Source: Phoronis australis (Eukaryota; Animalia; Phoronida). From it: a DNA stretch of 63,716 nt. The DNA lies in the NCBI GenBank assembly GCA_002633005.1, contig NMRA01000032.1, forward strand, positions 662,911 through 726,626, written 5' to 3'. Both the position numbers and the translations under genes were made by a program. Under the pieces are notes generated by a model that ran no database searches, had not been told where the DNA came from, and was given only the letters and a program-made list of their open reading frames with translations. Each line of letters opens with the position of its first letter. The first letter of the stretch is position 1. Positions 13,701 to 25,700 of the stretch are shown here, piece after piece.

Positions 13701-16700
13701 AGGCACACTTGCCACTGCCTGGTGCTGCACCACCCCAGTAGTACATGGGAACACCGTCTCTAGAGTACCACGTGCAGTAGCCAGTTATTGGGGTTGCGTA
13801 ACAGTCTAGCTTAATGAACTGTTCACACTTTGCAGATATGTTGATTGCTGCTGTTATTTGCTCAATGGACGCTTGGTAAACAACATTCCTCTTTGTACTG
13901 TAAGATTTAAATGATAAACCTGGACCAAGTTTTGTCTTGGACTCAATTTTATGGTGCATGACTATCATAGGCACCCCATAGTGACTGTTCATTAAGCATT
14001 CCACCTCAAAACTGTCCACACCCCCTGGGCCGTCGGGATCTATAATGTACTTGCCGTCATTTGAGTATCCAGCGTTATTCCAGTCTGTACAAGTAGAAGG
14101 AACTGTAACAATAAATTGAACGTAATCAGTACAATCTTAAAACTTCACAGTTTCAATTGACTTCAACTAAATTTTAGGCCATATTGGGAACACAGATGTG
14201 TGCCGCGGTACAACACTAAGGGGGTCACCTATTTGTGCATGAAGTCGTGCATGGAAATATGAGTTTGCCCGTTATTACGTGAAAGTTCAAGCCACCAAAT
14301 AGACAAACATATTAATGCTAATTTTCATACGCATTTGTTTTCATAAAGTTTCAATTAGAATACTGTCAAAATATGGTGTCTGATTCTTAATAGTACTTTT
14401 TAAGCAGTGTATTGCACAAGTGAAAATCCAAATGTTGGAAGTGAGCGCACGTTAACAAATGTATTGGAAGTCCACAACAGCTGTGAATGTTCGCAGTTTC
14501 ACATACATTTATATTCATATTTACCTGCTTTGTTACCTGATGTCTTTAAACAGTGATGGAAGTTGCCAAATTTAAAGCGGCAAAGACATTGTTTACCATG
14601 GCGACATCAATTTTTTGTGCTGGTCGCTATTTTTGCAATGCAGTGCCATTTAAATATGCCGCAAGTGCCAGCAAACAGGTGGTGGAGACACATTAAAACA
14701 GATAGTGAAGAACACTGCTTAAAGATAAGTATCCCTAGTCATATTTATGAAAATAACTGCCTTAAAAAAGTGAATTTTTAATTTCCATATCGATACTATG
14801 CATTTAAGCATGACTGCTTAAAAGCAGTCTGAAATAAGCCTTTGATTAATTAGGCGTGCTTATGTAGTGACTGTATTATAGTTTACTCACATTTGGCTGG
14901 CATTGCTCTGCATTGGTCAAGTTCTGTCTTGATCCCCTTCAAGTTAACTAAGTTCCTCTGACATTGTTGACGAGCTGTATCAGAGGCATTCATCTCTTGG
15001 TTATGATTGACCTGCCTGTCCAGAAGGCTGTTCTTGATACGCTCACATTGACGCAGTGCACTGCTCTGCTTTGTGTCCCGTTCTTGAAGTTGTTTTAAGG
15101 ACTTTTCACACTGCATATTCTTTACTGCCAAATAAGTTGTACTATCTAAAAGTTGTTGACGGGTGATGGTGGTAATATTAAGAGCCACTGGTGTCCCATG
15201 TCCACAACTCGCCAGCCCTGTAAGCATCACTGCCAAAACAATGTAGTCCATGGCTGTTTTTGTATGGCCCACATGGTCAGTTGGCCTTCCTTAAATAGAG
15301 GATGCTGAACACTGTACTGAAACCGAAACTTCTGTCCCTTTTAATTTTTGTATGACTAGATATCCTGTTGGAGGTAAACTAACCTACTGTGGTGGAGATC
15401 ATGTTTCAGCTTGAGTGGCATTTATTTATGTAGCATGTGAGAGTTCTTGAAATTTTAAGTCTAGAGTTCTTTCTTGGAATGTCCTGTTGTACTTTCTGAA
15501 TGTTCTTATTTAGTGGCAGTAATTCATGTTGTATTTGGCAATGGTCCTTATCTTCATCATTCATCTGAGGTATTCAAAAATGAAAGTATTTTTTGTTTCT
15601 TATTTCATAGAAATTGAAAGAAATGAAGTCGACATAATTCACACGTGTGTGAAAATTAATTCCTGTAAGTTTAGGATATATTTTGGGAGTGTTTGTCCTC
15701 ATGTGAATAAGAACATCGCTTGAAGACAGAACACATGATAAAAAAACAGAAAGTGAATAAATGTGTGGTGCACAATCTGTTGTTCTCTCTAACAGAAATC
15801 TGCCTTTGGATTGAAATGTTAAAGGGGCATTTCATTTCTTTTTCCGACTTACAGAATTGAAGAGTCACTTGCCCTTGAGTTGGAACTGCTCAATTTTGAA
15901 AGGGTTGGCCTATAGCTTTTGATATTCTTTTTACTTGGCAAGGTGACACCCTGAACGACTTGTTCGTGAATGGACACCAATTTTTGAGTGCAGAAAAGGT
16001 TTGAGACATTGTTTTGTCTGAGTAGCCCATTTCATTATTTTTGTTTTTATGATAAGCAAAAAAGAGAACTGCTCATTGAGTAGGACATTTTAAAATGTTG
16101 CCACTTTCAGTGGGTCAATTTGCTCCGGAATACCATTTGTATTTAACAGTGAGTCCCAATATATTGTAACGGGGGCGGTATCTACGACCAAGACGTCCCG
16201 ATTTTAGGAGAGCAATGCAGACTGAGGGTGATATTGAAAACTAAATAATTGGTGAATAATTAGGTTTATTTTATATTTCACACTTACAAGCAATCCAGTT
16301 GTTCCATGATCTAGTATCGTACTGTGTGATTTATACAGTTCTGATACACGGGCAGGCCAGTCACTAATTTATAGTTGTATGTGCATGAACAGGGCAATTT
16401 AGTTGTTCAGATCCGAAAGGTGGGCTGCAGTCAAGCTCGGGAGGAGCCCGAGAATTGCTGGGGCTAAACTATTGGCAACTCAGTTTGGGAAGAGCCACAA
16501 AGCTGCACAAATAGTTGGAATTTTGTTTGAGTGATATTGTAGTTGTTAACGTCTTGAGCTTTGCGATTGAACTCCTTGTGTCTCACAGAGATGACGCTTA
16601 AGTAGACAGTTTCAACCAATCAGACACTATCTGAAGGGCAGGGCCCATAATTCGTAGGTTCTGGCCACAATGTGGCCAAATATGGTCATGTTCAAAGGAC

Positions 16701-19700
16701 CCAAAAATCATAGGAAAATTACATACGTAATGATCAGCTTGACCACTAGAGGGCGCATATATCTTAACTTTATAATCATGTCCAGGGCACTCCTGTTACA
16801 ATAAAGCAGGATTCTGTAATTAACTATTGAAGCTTTGAGATCTATCGCACCAAAACTTCATGATTTTAACCCCAAGGTGAAATGGCTTTGATTTTTGGCA
16901 AGAAACCACTGTTTTGTAATTGTACCGGTATGCCTTCAAATACTCCAGTGATAAAAGTTAATTTCTCTCAATACCCCATGCCCAGACACATAGATCGCAA
17001 ATGGTACACCCTGGCTGTATAGGTCACAAAACAGATGTTTGAAAGCTGGACTCGCTCATATGTAGTTCTTAAGCAAGGTCAAAGGGAAACCAAAAGTGGA
17101 ACATGCAGTCTGGGGATAATTAACAAACACATAAAATATTCTGTGTTTATCTTGAGTTGAGGTTTTACCAATTCCAAGCTCAACTTTCTTAATGGTGGTT
17201 TGCTGCTTATCTCAATCATGAATTCAATTTCTCCAAAGCCAGAAACTTGAAGGTTACATCATCGCAAACTAATAAACAACCACAACTTAACTATTTTAGA
17301 CAGCAATAACAATTATTTGCTTTTGGTTTTATTGAAAACCTCATTTTTATGCTACTTATCTCAATCATGAATTCAGTTTCCCTAAAAGCAGACGATTGAA
17401 GGTAACACCAGGTCAAACTAATAAACAAGTGAAAACTTAGCAACTATTTTTCAGACAGTGATAACGATTGTTTTGTTTGTTTGTTTGTTTTCGAAAAATT
17501 GTATACCCTCAATTTCAACCTGCTTGTCTGAATCATGACCTCAGTATCTCTAAAACCAGAAACTTGAAGGTAAAAGCATTTCAAACAGTGAAAACTCAAT
17601 AACAGCTATTGTAGTATTTTCAGACAGTGATGATTATCGTTTGCCATATAATGGTTGTTTTGGATTAAAAAATTGTGTACCTTCACTTTTAACGTATAAG
17701 GTAAATAAAGGTTTTTCAATTTTTGTGGACCCATTTTCGTAATTGGGTTCTAAGTAATAAAACAGTTTAAGTGAAATATGAAAAAATACTTGTTTTGCCC
17801 ATGTGTGACTGAGCCGTGGTGAAAAAACAGCTTTGAGATTAGACATAGACACTCTGAGCATGAGGTGTTGATAACAGCTCACAAGACAGATGAGCCAAGA
17901 AAGGATGTTTATTCTGTTTTAGTTAATGTGACATTTCCATTATGCAGAGTTAACTGTCCTCCCACCTAAGATTGTGTAGGCCGTCTCTGTGACCTCAATC
18001 ACTTACTCTTTCTATAATTACCATTAATTCTGCCTTCCGTGACAAAAGTCAACTTTTGATCTTAGACAGCTTACCATATGAAATTGATCTCAAATTCTTT
18101 GTAAGTCAAATTAGAATTGATTTCGGAGCTGTCAGTTCATTTTTGCTTAAAACCAGGCTCTGCCAGGTAGCTTATTGTAGCGTATCATTTTATGCACTGA
18201 GCTTGGGCCATAGGAATAACAAACTGTCAGAAAACATCTCACTTGAATAAGTAACAAATTCGTACCAGTTTTATAGAGGGAAGTTGTCTCAATAAAAATT
18301 TAAAATTTGACATCTTGAATGTAATGCTGGTTCATGGCTGCTTTTAATTCCCACAAGGAGTATAGTATTTCTCGTCCCATGCTCGGCAACTCTGTCTGTT
18401 TTTGCATACTTTTCACAATGACAGCTGGCATGACTGTCAAACTTTGAGAGTTTTTGGATCCTCTAAAGGTGCGTTTTCATGTTCCTAAGGATGATAATGT
18501 ATTATAGGAACTAAACAGAAGTGCTGTGTTTGCATATACTGTGCTGAACAAGCTGCAATTGTATTGATTTCATTGATGATTTGCAAGTGTGAAAAATGTC
18601 GGCAAAAAGATGACCTTTGTAGCAGTGACATACCTCGCGGGCTCACATACCTCATCATAAAGTTTTATTCTTCTGCACCACCTCTTGGTACTTACTAGAC
18701 AGTGTTCAGGGATTTTCGGCGGATCATCTTTGTCACAGAACTCATTCTTGCGCAACTTTCAGGCCACTTCATATTCACATAATAGTAGCCATTTCTTTTA
18801 TTTCTAAGTCGTCACCATGATAGGTAATTGGGCTATAATTTCCATTTAATGATAGTCTTATGTTAGTACGTTGTATAACAACACATAGAATGCTCGTGTG
18901 AGCTACNTACGTAATGCACAGCTTGACTACTAGAGGGCGCATATATCTTAACTTTATAATCATGTCCAGGGCACTCCTGTTACAATATATTAAGCAGGAT
19001 TCTGTAATTAATTATTGAAGCTCCTAGATCTATCGCACCAAAACTTCATGATTTTAACCCCAACATGAAATGGCTTTGACTTTTGGCAAGAAACCACTGT
19101 TTTGTAATTGTATGCCTTCAAATACTCCAGTCATAAAAGTAAATTTCTCTCAATACCCCATGCCCTGACACATAGATCGCAAATATTACACCCTGGCAGG
19201 TCATAAAACAGATGTTTGAAAGCTGGACTCCCTCATATGTAGTTCTAAACTTGGAATTTTCCCCCAGTGGAGGCATTTTGTCATTGCTGTGCAGTTCATG
19301 ACACTGAATTGTGCCAGAATCTTGCCAAGCTCAAGTTGTTTCCTAATCGCTTTCATTTGATAGTCTCTGCATTTAAAAAATTGAGTGCTAGTTACCTCGG
19401 TGTTGTGAGCCTCCAACCTGTGCTTTGCATAGGTACCAGTTAGTAAGAATTTAAAGTATGTCATGCATCAAGATATTGCAAATACAGTTGTATAAGAATA
19501 TGACACCCAGTTCCTTATCATAATCCTTGTTCAGCCTGTCCTTTACGTTCTGTTACTAGAGACTAGTGTGAAGTCAAAGGGTAACATACTCTGGCAAAAA
19601 TATTTGAGCTAGCATTCAAGAAATGAGTGAAGAATTACCAAAGTGCTGGCTGAAAGAATGCAAAGCAAGACTGCAAACTTGTCCCTTGCCTGAACAGCAG

Positions 19701-22700
19701 TCTTAAGCAAGGTCAAAGGGAAACCAAAAGTGGAACATGCAGTCTGGAGATAATTAACAAACAACACATAAAATATTCTGTGTTTATCTTGAGTTGAGGT
19801 TTTACCAACTCCAAGCTCAACTTTCTTAAATATTGGTGGTTTGCTGCTTTTCTCAATCATGAATTCAATTTCTCCAAAGCCAGAAACTTGAAGGTGACAT
19901 CATCGCAAACTAAAACAACCACAACTTAACTATTTTAGACATCAATAACAATTATTTGCTTTTGGTTTTTTATTGAAAACCTCATTTTTATGCTACTTAT
20001 CTCAATCATGAATTCAGTTTCCCTAAAAGCAGACGATTGAAGGTAACATCAGGTCAAACGGTGAAAACTTAAAACTATTTTTCAGACAGTGATAACGATT
20101 GTTTTGTTTGGTTGTTTTTTTTTTCAAAAAATTGTATACCCTCAATTTCAACCTGCTTGTCAGAATCATGAACTCACTATCTCTAAAACCAGAAACTTGA
20201 AGGTAAAAGCATTTCAAACAGTGAAAAATCAAAAACAGCTGTTGTAGTAGTATTTTCAGACAGTGATAATTATCGTTTGCCATATAATGGTTGTTTTGGA
20301 TTAAAAAATGGTATACCTTCACTTTTAACGTATAAGGTAAATAAAGGTTTTTCAATTTTTGTGGACTCATTTTCATAATTGGGTTCTAAGTAATAAAACA
20401 GTTTCAGTGAAACATGAAAAAAAAACTTGTTTTGCACATGTGTGACTGAGCCGTGTTGAAAAAACAGCTTTGAGATTAGACAGACACTCTGAGCATGAGG
20501 TGTTGATAACAGCTCCCAAGACAGATGAGCCAAGAAAGGATGTTATTTATTCTGTTTTAGTTAATGTGACATTTCCATTATGCATAGTTAACTGTCCTCC
20601 CACCTAAGATTGTGTAGGCCGTCTCATGACCTCAATCACTTACTCTTTCTATAATTACCATTAATTCTGCCTTCCGTGACAAAAGTCAACTTTTGATCTT
20701 AGACAGCTTACCATATGAAATTGATCTCAAATTCTTTGTAAGTCAAATTAGAATTGATTTCGGAGCTGTCAGTTCATTTTTGCTTAAAACCAGGCTCTGC
20801 CAGGTAGCTTATTGTAGCGTATCATTTTATGCACTGAGCTTGGGCCATAGGAATAACAAACTGTCAGAAAACATCTCACTTGAATAAGTAACAAATTCGT
20901 ACCAGTTTTATAGAGGGAAGTTGTCTCAATAAAAATTTAAAATTTGACATCTTGAATGTAATGCTGGTTCATGGCTGCTTTTAATTCCCACAAGGAGTAT
21001 AGTATTTCTCGTCCCATGCTCGGCAACTCTGTCTGTTTTTGCATACTTTTCACAATGACAGCTGGCATGACTGTCAAACTTTGAGAGTTTTTGGATCCTC
21101 TAAAGGTGCGTTTTCATGTTCCTAAGGATGATAATGTATTATAGGAACTAAACAGAAGTGCTGTGTTTGCATATACTGTGCTGAACAAGCTGCAATTGTA
21201 TTGATTTCATTGATGATTTGCAAGTGTGAAAAATGTCGGCAAAAAGATGACCTTTGTAGCAGTGACATACCTCGCGGGCTCACATACCTCATCATAAAGT
21301 TTTATTCTTCTGCACCACCTCTTGGTACTTACTAGACAGTGTTCAGGGATTTTCGGCGGATCATCTTTGTCACAGAACTCATTCTTGCGCAACTTTCAGG
21401 CCACTTCATATTCACATAATAGTAGCCATTTCTTTTATTTCTAAGTCGTCACCATGATAGGTAATTGGGCTATAATTTCCATTTAATGATAGTCTTATGT
21501 TAGTACGTTGTATAACAACACATAGAATGCTCGTGTGAGCTACAGATTTGATGCTGATAGCCACCTTTTCTAAAATGATGCTTGGCTGTTGAAGAAAGTT
21601 ATGATAAACTTATTTTTATGCGCCCACATATTTATGTCGCCATCCCCATCCAGCCGTTCGTCTGTCCGGCGTCCACTGCCCTTTCTGCAAAATCCTTCAA
21701 CGTATGTCCATGAAGTTTTCCAGTACATATTCCTTTCATGCATGGGACGGCATGAGCAAACTTTCGGACAGATCTCGACTACCGGTGTGCCCCCTAGTGG
21801 CAATTTTAGTTTTCTCCATTTAAGTCTATCTTCAAAGGTCTTCAACCCATTTTCATAAAATTTGTCATATAGGCATTTATTAGTGAGATGACGTTATCCT
21901 TTCGTTTTAGGGTGGATTTGATGTAGTTTGCACCACCTAGTGGCCATTTTTACTGTTTTTTAATCTGTTTTTTGGCGTCCACCCTGCTATCAACCAAGCC
22001 ACTCGAAGGATGATTGTTAAAATTGGCATATATGTTCTTATGAAGATTACGGCTGACGATGATTTTCTGTATGACTTCAACCACTGTAGTGCCTCCTAGT
22101 GGCAATTTTGTTTTTTTGCGCCTATGACTGTATCTTTTAAACCATTTGAGGATCTTTACTAAATTAGTAAGTGGTATTTGTACAATGTTGACAACGGACG
22201 ACGACAACTTTCGGACAGATCTGACTACTGGTGTGCTACCTCGTGGCAATTTATTTTTACGTTTACCTCTATATCTTGAAAGGACCTCAACAAATTTTCA
22301 TAAAATTTGGCAACTGATAGTCAGGTGACGCTATCATCTTGTTTTCAGGTGGATTTAACATTGTTTGCGCCACCTAGTGGCCATTTTTACTGTTTTCTAG
22401 TTTTGTTTTTTAGCGTCCACCTCTCCAGTCTATCAACTAAATCACTCAAAGGATGATTGTGAAAATTCATTTGGCATGTGTTTTCTTACTATAAAGTGGA
22501 TCACTGACGATGATTTTCCGATGACTTCGACTACTGTGGCACCTCCTAGTGGCAATTTCTTTTTGCGCCCATGGCTGTATTTCCTAAACTGTTTGCAGGA
22601 TCTTTACTAAACTTATCAAGTGTATTTTTATGATGTTGACAACGGATGATGGCTTTTGGACGGATCTGACTACTGGTGTGCCCCTAGTGGCAATTTTATT

Positions 22701-25700
22701 TTTTTACGTTTATCTCTGTATCTTTTAAAGTCCACAACGAACTTTCATAAAATTTTGAATATATTCATCCATTGGTGAGATGACGCTAGCCTTCCATTTT
22801 CGGATGGAATTGAGGTATTTTGTGCTACCTAGTGGCCATTTTTGCTGTTTGCGAGTACGTTTATTTGGCGTCCACCCCCTCTATGAATCAAATCATTCTA
22901 AGAATGGTTTTGAAAATTGGCGTATATGTTCTCAGAATGAAGAGGACGGTTTACGATGACAACTTCGACTACTGTGGCACCTCATAGTGGTAGTTTTGTT
23001 TTGTTTTGCGCCCATAGCTATATCTCCTAAACCCACTGCAGGATCTTTATTAAATTTAGTAATTGTATTTAATATATGAAGCTAACAACAGATGACGACG
23101 ACTTTCAGGCATATCTAACAAATGCTGTGCCCCCTAGTGGCAGCTTCATTTATTCTGTTTTCCTTTGTTTCTTTGAAGTTCATTGACAGATTTTTATGAA
23201 ACTTGATGAATAGCTTTCTATTAAAGAAGCAATGACATGTTTCCATTTTTGGATGGATTGTACATTTTTGCACTATCTAGTGGCCATTTTTATGAAACAA
23301 ACAACCCTAGAAGCACAACATTTGTGGTGCATTCGTGGGCATATTTCAACGCTCTGTGTTGCTCTTGTTTTGAATTTGAGAAATATTGGCTTGTGGGACT
23401 GAGATAAATTTTCTATTACATTCTTTACATGGCTCTCAGAGTTGTTGTTTTGTTGTGGAGGCAAACACTTCCTTAGTCATAGCAACGAAGTGGACCTAAT
23501 TTGTGGAAGCCATGTTCAGTTGGGTCATCCAAGTCTCCAAATGCCATCTTCGTAACTGGCAGTGTGTTTCGATCAGTTAGGAATCCGCTGTCTGAATGCC
23601 AAACATTGTCATTAGCATCACAGTTACACTTCTTGTCGGGCTTGTCACATGTGTTGGTCATTCCACAGGCACACTTGCCACTGTCTGGTGCTGCACCACC
23701 CCAGTAGTACATGGGAACACCGTCTCTAGAGTACCACGTACCGTAGCCAGTTATTGGAGTGTGATAACAGTCAAACTTAATGAACTGTTCGCACTTTGCA
23801 GATATGTTGATTGCTGCAGTTATCTGCTCAATGGATGCTTGGTAAACAACATTCTTCCTTGTACTGTAAGGAGAGCCTGACAAACCTGGACCAACCTGTG
23901 TCCTGGTCTCCATATTGTGATGCATGACTGTTATAGGCACCCCATAGTGACTGTTCATCAAGCATTCCACCTCAAAAGTGTCCACGCCTCCAAGGCCATC
24001 AGGATCTATAATGTACTTGCCGTCATTTGTGAATCCAGCGTCATTCCACTCTTTACAAGTTAAAGGAACTGCAATGATAAAAATTTGAAGCATGACATAT
24101 AGATAATGTTGTAGCAGTGTTGACAGTAACAGTTTAAATTTTTCTGTTCGTTATCTCCAGGATTGCTTGGCCATATTAGTTTAAAATGCAACGTATAGCT
24201 AAACATGAGTGTAAAGAAGGTTGAAAATCACCAATTATTTTTTAAGAAGAGTCTTGTGGTAAAAATGTTCCACCGCAAATCATTGAACCGTGTCCAGTAA
24301 GTATCATGGCGTGGTGCTGCGAAATTAAACACTGTATGATGCGGAGTGTGCGCTCTTGAGCTACGTCATTAGTGCAATTGTCACAGTAGAACAGTAGAAT
24401 TTTTTGTTTTCACTTATACAAGTTGTCAGTGAATACCACTACACATTGTTTAGCATAAATTATGTTAAAATATCATTGTCCACTAATTTCTGCTATACAC
24501 TATCATATTAGTTACGAGCATGCAAGTACCTGTCTGTGGTTATGGTAGGACTCAGGAAAAATGCCCAATTTTAGCTAAATTCGGAACATCATATTTCAGA
24601 AATGGCTAATCTGATTCATTTGAAATTTTTAGACACCATGCTTTATGCATTTTTCTCCAAAATTCTGTTAGGAGTGTTTTTTTTAATGTTCTGCTTTTGC
24701 ATGAAGGCTTTTAAAATAGCTTTTATGAAAACCTCTGAAGTTGCACAAAGCAAATAATGAAATTTTATTTTGGAAAATTGTAACTGAGATTACAAGAATT
24801 TGATTATTTTACAGATACCATATTTTTGCTGTCCATATACCTTTATTGATAGAATTTTACTAAAAGTTAACATGATCAAATTGAGGAAAGGGTTGATAAA
24901 TAAGCAAAAGAAATCACTTCTTCAGGCTTTCTTCTTTCTGAAAATATATAATGTCTTGTATCATGTAGATATTAAGTTAATGCGCAGGCTTGTCATTGAG
25001 GTCTTAGGTAACCTTATTATAGTTTTGTTATTAAACGATGTCTAATTGTTTGATTGTTAATTTGTCTTTGGCGTAAATTGATGATATGCCATTAAGTTTT
25101 TGTAAACAGACACAAATTGATTACAGTTCACTCACTTTTGACCGGTATCTGTCGACATTGTTCAAGTTCTGTCTTGACGTTTTTCATGTTATCTAAATTC
25201 CTCTGACATTCTTTACGAGCAGCATCCGAGGCATTCAGCACGCGGTGGTGGATAATCTGATTCCTCTGAAGACTACTCTTGATGCTTTCACATTTACTGA
25301 GGGCCATATTGACTCGTTTGTTCTGCTCGTTACACTGTGCCTTCTCCGAAGAACAAGCTGTTTTGTCTTTGATCGTGGCTACAAACTTTTGCTCACAGGT
25401 TGCTGTTTTATTTCTTTCGTTTTCCAACTGACGTGTCAGCTGATCGACTCTTGTAGACAGCGTTGCCTTGTCTCCTTGGAGCTGTTCCAACTGACTTGTC
25501 AGCTGATCGACTGTTGTAGACAGCATTGCCTTGTCTCCTTGGAGCTGTTCCAACTGACTTGTCAGCTGATCGACTGTTGTAGACAGTGTTGCCTTGTCTC
25601 CTTGGAGCTGTTTCAAGGATGTGTCCAGTTGCATATTCTTCACAACAAGCTGACTCATGGCATTATAAAGCTGTTGAATTGTGATGTTTGGACCACTCAG

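Noticed and set aside
18056-21392. Pairs of identical short ORFs (18056/20693, 18570/21207)
   Set aside because: They result from the duplicated segment and show no recognisable protein features.
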